A stretch of DNA of 64,000 nt, taken from positions 1-64,000 of the forward strand of contig ML978138.1 of NCBI GenBank assembly GCA_010015805.1, written 5' to 3'. The stretch comes from Rhizodiscina lignyota. Its lineage: Eukaryota. The notes beneath the pieces are model-generated. The model worked only from the letters and a program-made list of their open reading frames with translations. It did no database searches and was not told the DNA's origin. Shown here piece after piece: positions 8,718 through 20,745 of this stretch; the first letter of the stretch is position 1; the number at the start of each line of letters is the position of its first letter. The position numbers were made by a program, and so were the translations under genes.

Positions 8718-10604
8718 TCACCCCTTGACATAATAGTCAAGGGTCCCTGGGGAGGCAGCAGGAGAACGATGCGCGTCAGACAGTGGTAAGAGTACTGCGA
8801 CAGGCATATCCTCAACCAAACGCCGGATAATGCAGGGACGATTTGTCGCAAGACAGGTGGTGCAGGCAACACGTGCGTATGATTCGGCGGGCCACTGAGA
8901 TTTGGCTTTGGTGATTGCAGTCATGCCGAGACAAGTTCCACCGCCTCTGAACCAATTCATAGCGCGGGAGCGACGATCTTTACCTTTGATCAATGCTCTG
9001 ACATGCCGGTGGAGACTATCAGCGAGACTTTGAGAGCAGGTAAACGGCACTGCTTGTGAAAGTTCATCACCAAGGCGGATTGCGTACAGTGGAATTGTTG
9101 CATTGCGTTTAATCTCCAGGGCCATGGGGTTTGCCGGCGGAGAAGAGCCATCAGATCCAGCGGCAGCTCCAGTGTCTTCCGTAGAAAGCGCACCCTGCGT
9201 TGCAGATGGAGCGGGCAATCTAAGCATCGAAGACGGATCGACAGCTTCAGACTGCGGGAGTCTCGGAGTCTCGGAGTCTCGGGGCCAGGTGGCCGGTTCG
9301 AGTAGCTCATCGTCATCCAAAATAGGGGGAGGCCGCGACTGAGGGCCCGCGACAGCAGCACGAGCAAGGAGAACGGTGCTGCCCTTACGTCGAGTACCAA
9401 ACAAATCTGACGGGTAAGATATTGATGCGTCATTTGACTCTTGGACAATGTCCATGTCCTCAGGTCCAGCGACAGCTCGAACTGGAGATGGCAGAGCTGG
9501 CGTCTTTGGCACTCTCTGTTCACCAAAGGAGGGGAAACGCTGGCGATCAAGTCGTCGCACTGGCGTAGCGAAGATTGACGACGCCGAAGAATGGAAACGG
9601 CCAGACAATGACCAAGTTCGCGGCAAGGTTGCACGAGGGGTTGGTGTTTGGCGTTGAGGAGATTGGTCCAAGGCAAACCTTCGTCGTTTATTGCCAAGTT
9701 GAGCAAACGAAGCGCGTCCCGGTGAGTCGGCGTCCTGTGAGGCAGATACAGGATCGGAGGTGTCACTTTGATGCCGACGTACGTCAGTGTCAGAGGCATT
9801 CGACCCCGGAAGAAGCGCCTGACTGAGCACACCAGGAGTGGCCTCCGTCGAATCGAGTGGATGCGATACCGGCAGAACAGACGGATACACGACGGAAGGC
9901 GGATCGCGAGGCGCGAAGCCAAAGTCGCCCAAAAGTGTCGATGTAGACGAAGGGGATATTGGAGGCTCACTCGAAGGCGATGGATGCTTCATGTCGCGAC
10001 GAACAGTGGTCTGATGACGGGAAACTTGCCGTTGCAGAGGCGTGTAAGGAGAGGCCCCCAGACGTCCGTGGCCACCCCAGCGTCGTCCTTGCAAGGACTG
10101 TGAGCCCTGTAGAAGGTTTGGCACGAAATGCTCAGGTGGTTTTGCTGATATATGTCGCTCTGCGATTACTGGTTCGTTGCTTATACCAGAGGCAAAGGAT
10201 GTGTGCGCACTGATTGCCCGTCGACGAGTTGACCCGGCATCTGAACCTGGCGCTTTAGACGACTGTATGGAAGCCAATGGATGTGCGCCTTCTTGAGACT
10301 GATCAGTGTTGTAAGGTAGAGGTGGAGGCCGGACAATGTTTGAGGCCTCGTCCGAAGGGACTAGTGGTGCAGGATATTGCACGTATGGCCAAGAGGACCC
10401 GTGCAGATCTTGCTGGCGGTCATCGTGAGCGAGACCTGAGCGCTGATCAGGCCGCTGTGATGATGGTGAGGATTGTGTTGGAGGGGTGATGGTTAGGTTG
10501 ATGAAGGTAAGGCGAAGATGTTCACCCTGGGCACTAAGAGCAGACCGGAGGTTCTTGTTCTGTTCTAGCGTGGTATGGTACGTGCCATCTGGTTCGGAAA
10601 CCAT
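8718..10604 (-). CDS. Orphan Ser/Pro-rich protein with Cys-rich C-terminal domain (~628 aa)
   Basis: Long ORF with likely start MVSEPDG at 10604. Disordered S/P/R-rich body. C-terminal C..(x)n..CTTC...RPC...LLPL...R...YYV segment. Confidence 0.7.
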   Translation of the reverse strand: MVSEPDGTYHTTLEQNKNLRSALSAQGEHLRLTFINLTITPPTQSSPSSQRPDQRSGLAHDDRQQDLHGSSWPYVQYPAPLVPSDEASNIVRPPPLPYNTDQSQEGAHPLASIQSSKAPGSDAGSTRRRAISAHTSFASGISNEPVIAERHISAKPPEHFVPNLLQGSQSLQGRRWGGHGRLGASPYTPLQRQVSRHQTTVRRDMKHPSPSSEPPISPSSTSTLLGDFGFAPRDPPSVVYPSVLPVSHPLDSTEATPGVLSQALLPGSNASDTDVRRHQSDTSDPVSASQDADSPGRASFAQLGNKRRRFALDQSPQRQTPTPRATLPRTWSLSGRFHSSASSIFATPVRRLDRQRFPSFGEQRVPKTPALPSPVRAVAGPEDMDIVQESNDASISYPSDLFGTRRKGSTVLLARAAVAGPQSRPPPILDDDELLEPATWPRDSETPRLPQSEAVDPSSMLRLPAPSATQGALSTEDTGAAAGSDGSSPPANPMALEIKRNATIPLYAIRLGDELSQAVPFTCSQSLADSLHRHVRALIKGKDRRSRAMNWFRGGGTCLGMTAITKAKSQWPAESYARVACTTCLATNRPCIIRRLVEDMPVAVLLPLSDAHRSPAASPGTLDYYVKG

Positions 10605-13522
10605 GATGGCTGTAATGCGAAAATTGAGATGGAAAGGAGGATGAAATGCACATGCGGTGCAAATATAAAGAGTGGACGATTTGACGCAGGCGCAACCGCG
10701 ATATCTCGTGATCCGAGGCAAAGAGGAAAGCGCGACCGAGAAGCCACACGATGCACAGGACATTACTAAAACCCATTTGAGATGCGAAGAAAAAGAATTA
10801 TTATGGCAATGAAAGACCGTGAGGAAGATGAAAAAGCCTACACTAGATTCAGGAGAGCAAACCGGGCGCAAAGCTCTGAGGAGGGGAACTATGAAGTAGG
10901 CCCTGCTCAAGACATGGAGGGCGCGCTTGAGAAGGTGTAGCGAAGTCACGACCCGTAAACGAAAGCAAGTCAATCATACAGTTGTCGTCACGTACGGAGT
11001 ACTCCTTGGAGCATCCCTTAAGTGCAGAAGTTCGAACGTTATCCCGAAGGCGGGTCTCCAGGAGAGCTGGGCTGTCGACAACAGATCAGGAGGCCGTACC
11101 CGCAATGCCTGCATTATAGGAACAGCAGTGGTATGAGAGAGAAAACAATCCAGATCGTGTCAATTATTTTATGATGTCGTGAGAGGTTGAGTTGAAGTGG
11201 TGGTAGCGCAATGACAGTGGATGCGTTACCTAAGAGCAGCCACGGGCGGCCCGTATGCTAGACAGGGAACCGGGGTCTGCACACATTCTAAGAACGTGTA
11301 TGTAGCACGTGATGTACAATGCGACGAGAGCCTGGCCTCAGATGAGAGAATCAAATATATTCGCAGAGTGCGAATAACCGGCAAGGTGCACAATGAAAGG
11401 GTACAAGTGCGAAGGCAAATCAGGTATCTTACATATCTGTAGGCAGATTCGTTTATATGTTACGAGAGCCACGAAGATCAAAACATTCCAATTTGTGTAA
11501 CGTAATAGTAATTAATCAAGAGCCGGAGATCCTCTTGCCCTACTTAGTTGCTGCATATGCGGAGTGCATGGAACGCAAATCCTGGGCGAGCTTTCGCAAA
11601 TCTGCGCAAAGTCAATTAGCAGTGTCTAATCAAGAATCAAACCCAACTTGCGCAAGTACGATAAACAATGGATTGCGCTGCTAGGTTCTAATGGATGTAC
11701 ATCTGAGATTACACTTCTAGCTTGATTGACTACAGCGTTGAGACAAAAGTCAGTGCTAGAGGTATAACCATGTAGCTCACGTCCTTAAGCTTCCAGATTG
11801 AGAGCATATCGAACTTTTCCGGAAAAAGTAGACCATGTCAAAGAAGTATCTGCGTGTACACTGAGGGCTTTAGGCAGTGCGAGTTTCGATGTAAGAGGTC
11901 ATTTCTGAGAACACTGGAGTTTTGAGAGTGCCAAGTTCGATGAGGGCCTTTGTGGGAACAATTGGGTTTCGAAATACACTGCGATTCTCCGCAAAGCAGT
12001 GCATAGTGCACCTTGGCTTCCTCCGTCGCTCCGTTGGGGCGTATTTGGGCGATCGGGGGATATTTCCTAATTGGGACACCTCTCTCCGCAATCCCGCGCG
12101 AATATCCACTCCCAATGTCTTAGAGATTGTCCTTTGAAGTAGAGTGTCTTCGTACCCCTTAGAGTGTTTCGAAAGCACCACGGCATGTCATGATCATTAG
12201 GCACCGCTCAGACCAAGGGTACTCTAATGGACGAGTGTCAACTGCTTAGCGACGCGGTTGGCAAGGCGCCTCGGCTTCGCGGACAACTGTTGAAGGCGGA
12301 GTTACTTGGAGTATCTCAAAAGCACGCATAGACTTCAGAAGGTAGAATTGATGACTAGGGCAGGCTTGGTGAACTTGATTAGCGATTGCAAATGTCGTCC
12401 GTTTTGGAACATACCTGCAGTTCCCTTGATGGCGGCGGACCCAACCAAGGCATGCAGCAACTATAACGTCGTTACTTTAGATTCACGCCAATGTTGTCCA
12501 TGTTAGATGTCCAATATGTCCACCTATCCTGTCAATGTGCCATAAAGATGTTTGTTGCATTCTGCAAGCATCGCTCTCCACCGCGATGGACTTCGCTCGA
12601 TTGCACATGTGCCAGGAAATCGCAAAGGGCACTCCGAGCTACGCATTAGATAACTCCAGAGATTGAACTTGCTTTCATGGTACTGAATTTCGAAAGGGGC
12701 GTATCGAAAAGACAGCTACCAACTATGAGATTGATCGTTGGGCTAAGGAGACGTTGAAGCTCGAGAGGATAGATTCCTCCCGCGCACAGAGTGATCTGCA
12801 TGGCAAGTGAGTTGTACATGTGCCTTGCATCTCTAAAGCTCATTTCGGCTTAGAAATTAGCTTCCAAGAGTAAGTCTCATGATGCAGGAAAGCTTATGTA
12901 TCGACTGTTGTCGCAGAAACAGTTGGTGACCGAGTAATATCAAGATATGGTCCACCATAATGAAACACCATAACTAAGCTAAAGACTCAATCCCATAACA
13001 CAACTTTTTCGATCCCTTCAACGACGGACAAGAGGATTTCCAAACCCAATCAAGACATATCGCCAAAGCCTAACAGAGTAGCAGCTCATAGATGCAATCA
13101 TGATGGCTCGCGACTAGGTAGTAACAGGACTCTGCCATTTGCGGGGAGATTTCTGCACCACACATTCTCCGGGGAGAAGACACGTCCGAAAGAGCTGGAG
13201 AGGCTGAATGACCCCAGATGACTCCCGGAATATCTCATGTAGGATTCTGACCTGCAGTAAACCGTGGTTGACGACGCATTGAGAGAGCGATTGGTTACCG
13301 AATGTTGGTCGGAGAGGAGTACACCTGCCGATCATATCGTAACGCTCAAAATGCATATTCTCCGTCGCGACTCAATAGCCCGAGCAATGACGCGACATCT
13401 CGCTTCGGCGGTGTTGGAAAACTACGTTACAGTGCAAATCGAGGTAAACAGAGCAAGTATGTGATATAAAATCAGTGATGGTTTCACGGCTACCCGAGCT
13501 CAAGGCACATTCATTCTTCAAC

Positions 13523-15448
13523 ATGGCACGCTTTCAAGCTCTGTCGTTGTACCTGCTCTCATTCTGTCTTCAATCCTTCGCTTCCCCTACCAAAGCAGGA
13601 GAACCATTTCTGAAAGCCCTCAATTCATCAGCATGGATAATTGGCAACGACATCTGGAACCTCACGATCGCCCAGACATATGGGACGAAGCTCATGTACA
13701 AGGGATATGACCTTGTCGGCGAGGCTGTTGGACATTATGTTAGTTACAGTATGTTTCTTTCTTCTACAATGGAAAACAGACTGCTTTACCCGCTCACGTA
13801 ATACCAGACGGTGCCGTGGACAATCTCAACTGGACGTCGGCACGTATTGTCAAGAAGTCTGGCGACTACACCGACATCGCATTTTCGGCCAATGAAGGCG
13901 ACATGCACTGGGTGCTGACTCCGGACCTCTTTGGAGCGTACCAGTACTTCGTCAACCGCGCTCTCCCGACGCTTGGAGAGTTCCGCACACTTTGGCGATT
14001 GGACAATACGACCTTTACCCGCGGCCATACGAGTGAGAGAGATCAAGATCTCCCACCGCTCGCCTTGATTCTCAGCGGCACAAAGGTGCAGGACGAGACT
14101 TGGTTGCTCCCTAACGGAACATATGTCACAAAGTACGACTTTGCAACGTTCCTCCCAAGCATTGAGGGGAATTTGTCGTACTGGGGAGTTTACGGGCAGT
14201 TGAATGGGACTGGTGCTCAGATTGGATCCTGGTACAGTAAGTCGGAGCTGCCATGTCGATGCAGCACAGATGAGAGCGTTACTAACAGTAGTCGCAGTCC
14301 ATGCTGGCAAAGACTACTTCAACGGCGATCATCTGAAGCAGGAACTCATTGTCCACCGGGAGAGCAGCTCTGGTGATGCTGTGCAATTGAACATGATTCA
14401 CGGCACGCATTACCAGGCCGTCAGTAATGATACCTTCCCCGTTGGCAAGACTTGGGGTCCATGGCTGTGGTACGTGGTAAGTAATGCTGACAATCATTGC
14501 GGAATATTTTGGCTTCAGTGTGAGCTAACTGCTCCATTGCAGAATGACGGATCTGCGTCAGATGCCGCCCCGCGCGCGCAACAGGAGAACAAGGATTGGC
14601 CATACGCCTGGTTTCAAGACAGCTACGGCTATCACTCTCGAGGGAGCTTGTCCGGCCGTGTTGTTCTCTCCGATGGCCGTGCTGCAACTGGAGCAGCGGT
14701 GTTCCTCGGTGATAATCACCCAAACAAGACTGCGCTCGACCAAGGAAGCTGGTACTATTATCGCACGTATGCCGATTCGAATGGAAACTTCGAATTCAAC
14801 AACGTTCGAGAAGGCATGTGGGGATTACAAGCTTGGGCCGACGGCGGAAAGATTGGAGATGTCACGACTTCGTTTCTAAGAAACGACGTCAGTGTTGCGA
14901 AGAACAAGCAAACAAAGCTCGGAACGATGACCTGGAAGACACAAGGCCGAAAGAAGATCTGGCAAATCGGACAGATCGATCGCAAAGCTACCGACTTTGA
15001 ATACAGTGGTCCACCACATCAGCATGCGCGTGTTGTGAAATGCCCAGCAAACTTCACGTACACTGTTGGAAAGAGCACAACAGACGATTGGTGTTTTGGT
15101 CAGTCAGACATCGGGAAGTGGACAGTCTCCTTCGATGTGCCACCCTTTCCGAGCGGCTCTTCATCACCTGCTGCGGTCCTCTCCGTTTCCCTTGCTGGAT
15201 ACAGCTCCGGAGTGTCTTCAAACATCTTGGCGAACAATGTAATGATTGGCAACTTGACTTCGGAAGACATTCTCAGCGATCCATGTCTGTATCGATCAGG
15301 TACGTTGGCTGGAGAGTGGCACTACTACGAGTTTGAACTTCCAGCAGGAACGCTGAAGAAAGGATCGAACACGGTCGACTTTCAGTGTACGAGGACAACG
15401 CTTTGGCATGGGTTCATGTGGGACAGCGTAATGCTTGAATGGAAATGA
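13523..15448 (+). CDS. Secreted rhamnogalacturonan endolyase (polysaccharide lyase family 4)
   Basis: Signal peptide MARFQALSLYLLSFCLQSFA. Motifs LGEFRTLWRL, KVQDETW, HLKQEL, GTHY, GPWLWY, WPYAW, IWQIGQIDR, MWDSVMLEW. Three GT-AG introns (~13749-13807, ~14237-14290s, 14477-14542). Confidence 0.88.
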
Positions 15449-15463
15449 AGCTCGCCTTTGACC

Positions 15464-17620
15464 TCATCCAGCGGTCGAAGGCTTTTCAGCAGGAGTATCC
15501 GTAGCTGTTCGCTTTTCGTTCAAAGAGAACTTGCTGAAAAGCGCGTCGGTTGTCTCCGAGTCCAAATGTAGCTTCGTCTTCGCCCAGTCACCAATACTTT
15601 GCTCATTCTTCTTCTTGACTTCCTTCTTGAGTTGTCCCGCCTCTTCTTCCACAGGCTTCCCGTCCTTCGAAAACTCTTGTTCATGCTCCTCGGCCTCGCG
15701 CTTCTCGACTTCTTCCACAGCTTGCATCTCCGCCTCTTCCCTCCCAACCTCCTCCATGTCAATGTCTTCGAAACCGATACGCCGGAGGATTGCGCCAGTG
15801 AGATATCTGTACCTCAGATGGCCCGAGACCACATCGGAAACATCAACATTCTCGATACCTTTGACAAACTCCGTCTTTCTGAGGCCAGCCACACCAAGGT
15901 GTAAGCTGCTCGTGCGGTAAAGAAACGCCAGGAGATAGTCGTTTTCAGAGTACACATTCACCAGCCGTCCAGATACTACCGCTCGCATCTTCCTCCAATC
16001 GGCTGAATCCGAGGACGCTGGACAGCCGAGAAGAACCACATTCTCCAGCAAGCCAAATGCCTTCCGGTCCGCAAGTGTCTTGAGACAGGTATATATGACG
16101 CGCGCGCCGAGTGAGTAGCCCACAAGACTCACGGGCCTTTCGCCTTGCACTTTGTTAATGAGTGCGTCAGCCAACAGTTCACCAGCCTTATCGCTCCTCG
16201 CTTTCGCAACGCTGAATGGATTGTCGACAACTTCAGCAACCTTGACGAGAGACAGCGGCCAGAGTGCTTCCTTGAATACGGCGAATATTGTGTTGCGGAT
16301 AATCGTTTTCTTAGCATAACTCCACGCCACGCTCTTTAGCAGTAACGTTAGGGCATTACCGAGTTCGAGTAGAGCCTCCATCTCATACTTCAGAGCGAAT
16401 CCTTCAATAGTCGGAGAGAGCACGCGCCAGGGACTGACAACATCTGCTTTGTCGGTCAACCATCCTGATATACCAATGGCGACACGCAATTTTCGGACTT
16501 CCTTGTCCTTCATGAAAGGTCGCCATTTGTGCAGTGGGAGGAAGCTGAAATCTTCGACTTCTCGAGCGTAATTGTTGACCATCTTGCCAGTCATTCTGCC
16601 ACCATACGCCCCAAAGATGCTTCCAATGAGCAACTCGCTCCCGGCAACTGCTCCCAAATACCCAGCCGCAGCAGTCTCTGCAAGTCCAAGACCTCCTGCT
16701 ACAGTGCCAACGCCTGCCGCAATGACAGGAGCAGCAAGACCTCCAGTGATTCCGACAATTGCAGCACCAGCGACTGCGGCCAAGCCGACCTTCCACTTTC
16801 TGCTGTTTGATCCCTCCTTGATCTTCTGCTCCGTCTCCTTCTCAGCATTCATCTCTACTGCATGGAGAAGCCCTTGCGCCACGTTAGATTCGTATTCAAC
16901 GAGTGAATCAATCGGAAGCTTTAGATTTCGTGTGAAATATAGCATCAGCGTCCGAGAATAGGCACTGTACGTCCCAAGACTTAGTATGAGCAGTAGCAGA
17001 GATTGTAGAATAAGCCTCTTCTTGCTTTCATCCAGTGCGGCCAGTGGCGTCTCCACCAACGGATATACATCTGCCAACTTGTCGACCATGGGCTCTTGCT
17101 TCTTCACGCCCTCGTCGTTCAGTAATTCCGAGCCCACTTTTGTAACCGCCGGGGTATCAGCACTCTGTGCCTTTGCTCCATCCACCTGTCCTTCAGCCTC
17201 TTGCTTTGAACTGACCACTTCTCCCACTCTCGCAACCACCTTGTCCCTCCACACATCGAACGTACTGAGCCCTGCACGCTTCAGCTCTTGCACCTTAGGC
17301 TCACTCAACTCTTTGATACGCTTCTCTGCCTCTTCCCTGAGCTGGTCCACTTCCTTCTCTTTGTCGTTATCATTGTCGTTGCTGCCCGCAGCCATTGAAC
17401 TTCCGAGGTTATCGTATCGCGAATCGGAGGGGAGGCCCGCATAGCGAGGATCGAAGGTATCGACGATGGTCTTGCGCATAGATGCTATACAATTGGCGAG
17501 AAGAAGTGTAAGTTGGCTTCGTTGCTCGGAGGTGGATAGAATTGTGCTGAGGGATTGTGCATCGTTGCTCGACTCCGTCGTCGCACTCGCAGTATCATGA
17601 TGGAATGGATTCAAAGGCAT
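15464..17620 (-). CDS. DUF726 / TMCO4-like membrane alpha/beta hydrolase
   Basis: Intronless 718 aa. Hydrophobic Gly/Ala-rich ITGGLAAP segment, lipase-like GYSLG motif, GERPVSLVG, NVYSENDYLL, SGHLRY. Confidence 0.9.
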   Translation of the reverse strand: MPLNPFHHDTASATTESSNDAQSLSTILSTSEQRSQLTLLLANCIASMRKTIVDTFDPRYAGLPSDSRYDNLGSSMAAGSNDNDNDKEKEVDQLREEAEKRIKELSEPKVQELKRAGLSTFDVWRDKVVARVGEVVSSKQEAEGQVDGAKAQSADTPAVTKVGSELLNDEGVKKQEPMVDKLADVYPLVETPLAALDESKKRLILQSLLLLILSLGTYSAYSRTLMLYFTRNLKLPIDSLVEYESNVAQGLLHAVEMNAEKETEQKIKEGSNSRKWKVGLAAVAGAAIVGITGGLAAPVIAAGVGTVAGGLGLAETAAAGYLGAVAGSELLIGSIFGAYGGRMTGKMVNNYAREVEDFSFLPLHKWRPFMKDKEVRKLRVAIGISGWLTDKADVVSPWRVLSPTIEGFALKYEMEALLELGNALTLLLKSVAWSYAKKTIIRNTIFAVFKEALWPLSLVKVAEVVDNPFSVAKARSDKAGELLADALINKVQGERPVSLVGYSLGARVIYTCLKTLADRKAFGLLENVVLLGCPASSDSADWRKMRAVVSGRLVNVYSENDYLLAFLYRTSSLHLGVAGLRKTEFVKGIENVDVSDVVSGHLRYRYLTGAILRRIGFEDIDMEEVGREEAEMQAVEEVEKREAEEHEQEFSKDGKPVEEEAGQLKKEVKKKNEQSIGDWAKTKLHLDSETTDALFSKFSLNEKRTATDTPAEKPSTAG

Positions 17621-18310
17621 GACTGCGTTAACTCATGAAAGCTTCAGGAGCAGATCGGAAAGGCGCTGAATAATGAATTGTCTACTCGAGGATAGATTGG
17701 GTTCGTGACATCAGATTTACCCATGCATGATTAATCTACAAGGGGCTTGTCTCACACGTCACAGGAGTCCAATGGGCGGCAAATTCCTTCCCAGATCTTC
17801 ACCACCATCCACCTGCATCAACTTCAAAGGCAATCTTTCGATGCAGCTTTAGTTTATGAGAAACATACACAACAAGGGCCCAAGTGTAGTGATCGTCCTT
17901 TGAAGAACCACCCCTTGAGTGCCGACCAAGAAGCGTTACCGAGCCGCGGACTAGTTTTTGCCATATGCGCATACCTACTTTTATTACCCATCTTAGATCG
18001 AAACCGGCTATTCTCAAGGGTTTCAAAATTCCAAGCTAGTATTACTCCCATCACTGCTGCCCTTCAGGAACCAGACTATCATCCATTCCAAAATCGGATG
18101 CCATCTATTTCAATTACTACAAGAGTGTCCGAGACGAACATCAAACGCGTTGTGAGAACCATGTATAACAATTTTCACATATATTATTACCTAACTAAGC
18201 CTCCTTCATTCAAACTCGTTGGCATTCCTGGGCACTGTAGTCGAACCCAAGTAAACATATTTCACATCGGTAGTCATCAAATTTGAGTTGGGAGAACGCC
18301 ACCTATTCAC

Positions 18311-20265
18311 TCATTCATCGTCATCAGCGCTATCATCACCCTCACCAGTCAGGTTCATATTGTCTTCTAGTGGCGGTGTTGCATTGGGAGAGTTGATGAT
18401 TTCCTTCCAAATCCGAAGCGTCAGGAATAGCTGCGTGTGTACAAACACCAAGCAAACTTTGGCTTTAATCCGAACCTCCAATTCCTCCTCCTCCGAGTAA
18501 TCAAGAGGACCACCAGTTTTGCTTGCCGATACCAAGGCCTTTGACACAATAGCAGTCTCTCGTCCAGTGGTTTCAAATGCTTCCCAGATACGTTTTACAT
18601 TTTCGAGTGTGATGGGCTCGAAATCTTCTGTGGAAGAACCCTGCTTTTCACCATCGTGGGCAATGTCGGAGGTATTTGTCGATCTGCGAACATCGTTCGC
18701 ACCTTCCCGAGTCCGGACTGTCGCTTTGCGTTGTTCACGTGTCTTCGAGGGATCAACCGGTGCTTCCAAAAGAATCTCACACCACGGCGTACCATGGACT
18801 GTCAAGCCAACGATGACCATATAAGCAGTCCGTGTCATATCACTGTAGCAAAAGAGCATACCCACTGACTTTCCCGAGCCTGACTTTGGTACCCATATTT
18901 TCATCTTCGGAATCCAATAGCCCTCGCCAAACACTTCAAGTGGTGATGATAACCACTCGCTAATCCAGATGTTATTGCTGGAATATCCTGGACAAAGTTT
19001 CGGTACATCCAGATCCGTCGACTTTGTGCGTGGTTGTGCCGGAAGACTATTCGCAGCCAGGTGACACTTCACGTAGATGCTCTTCAGCTCGCATCGAGGC
19101 ATTGCATTCAATATATGGATGGCATTACCTCGCACCCTTACGAAGCACCCAAAATCATGCGCTGGATAACTTCAATCGTCCTTGTGCCATGACAGCTCTT
19201 TGGCACGCACCAAGTATATGCTTGGGGTGTTTGTTGGAGCGGTTGAAGAGCCATAGCAGTTTAGAAAAGCGTGCCAAAGTGTAGCGTCTCCGATATGCTT
19301 GGATCTGGGACTTTTAACGGGGTTCATCTGCAATTGTATCTTCAGGCCTCTGTTGGTCATCGAGAATGGATCCAAATCGCCGCGATGATAAAAGTTGAGA
19401 TGCCCAGCATTCGCAAAATGCGCTGGTGACTGTGCGAGGAGACCAGAATAGAGGCACGGAGAAGTGAGTTCGTCTGCCCAAGCAAAGATTGAGTGATCCT
19501 CCGAAGTCTTGATGATTTCTTCCTGCAGCCTGAGGAATGCCTTGTCGCCCTCGCCGTATAAAAGAGGCATATTGACACCGAATATCCCCATCAAGCAATA
19601 CGCAACGTCTTCAGGCCTGGTGGTTTCGCTTGGAAGCCCAAGACATGCGCTGCGAGATACTGCAAAAGCTAAGAAAGATGCGCCCCGACAGGACGGCTTC
19701 TTGGATATTGGTGATGGCACTGATATGCTTGGTCAAAACAGACTTTTTGCCTACAGATTCCCATTCCTCGGAGAAAAAGATCACCTCAGAGGGAGCAAGG
19801 AGTTCTTGTATTGTCCAGCCGCGTCTGAACCATCTGCAAGTCTCCAAAGAGGTCACAGTCGGATACTCGCGATGGGGAGGATCGTTCTTTGACACTCCCG
19901 ACAAATGCGCAAAGCATATAACTGCTTCCCTATACCACTTGTACATAGAGTTGATAGCTTCTGACAGCTCAGCACTAGAGCGTTTGTCGACACCTGTATC
20001 ATGTCTTCAGAAGCAAGGCTCTTCAGCATCGGAGAGGAGACGTACAGCAAGTATCGATCCAGAAATAGTCCAAACCAAATTCCAGCGTCTTCTCGGCACA
20101 TTTAAGAATCTTTGCAAAGCCCTCTTTGTCTTTTCCGCGGCCATTTTTCATTTCTTCAAATGACACCTCATTTCGACTCCATGTATGCGACAGTACCGCG
20201 TACGGCGGGACAATATCATCTTCCAGTTCATGGAAGCTTAGATCTTTAGCGCACAACAGTCTCAT
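18311..20265 (-). pseudogene. HET-domain (heterokaryon incompatibility-like) gene, disrupted
   Basis: MRLL..YAVLSHTW..WIDTC / intron 19994-20045 / CVDKRSSAELSEAINSMYKWY..WFRRGWTIQELLAP..MSWASKR. A frameshift at ~19625 leads into ETTRPEDVAYCLMGIFGVNMPLLYGEG. An in-frame TGA at 19172-19174 precedes the remaining C-terminal ORF. Confidence 0.85.
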
Positions 20266-20745
20266 ACTCAAAGCTGTATGAAGTGGTGGCTAAAGGGCAT
20301 AGCATAATTAATGTACAAAGCAGCAACATTTAACCTCTCATCTTAGCACAGCCTCGAGCTGAATGATTGAATCCCATGCCTGCGATGCAGGCTGTGTCGA
20401 TACGCGCATCCATGGGAGTCTATTGGTGTAAGATGGAGGTTTTGCGAGAAATCCATAATGGCTACGACTCCAAATAAATAAATAAACAAAAATCTACAGT
20501 GTCTGATCGTTGCTGTTGGACGGCAATGTGCCAGCCCGAAGGATCAATCGGGTTGCCGAGGTATCCGAAGTCGAGGTCGATATCTTCGATTTTCAGCCCA
20601 TTCACTTCCGGAAAACATGAAATTGACACAGTTCCGAGCTAGTACTACATTTTAACCTCCATAGATAGGAAAGCCTCTCTTCTTCGTCTCTCCATTGTCC
20701 TGACCCTAAAGAATGAAGCTGGACAGCTACAGTCGGAGATGAACG

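Noticed and set aside
8990..10973. 326-aa alternative-frame ORF and the 123-aa N-terminal extension of the 751-aa ORF
   Set aside because: Shadow frame in GC-rich coding DNA. The extension starts at a non-ATG codon and reads like UTR sequence.
11800..13100. Possible gene relic (intron-like GTATGT..GCTAAT and GTGAGT signals, short protein-like stretches)
   Set aside because: Signals fall on opposite strands and no family could be recognised.
17747..18286. 179-aa plus-strand ORF
   Set aside because: Non-ATG start, no motif, and located in the DUF726 promoter/HET terminator gap.
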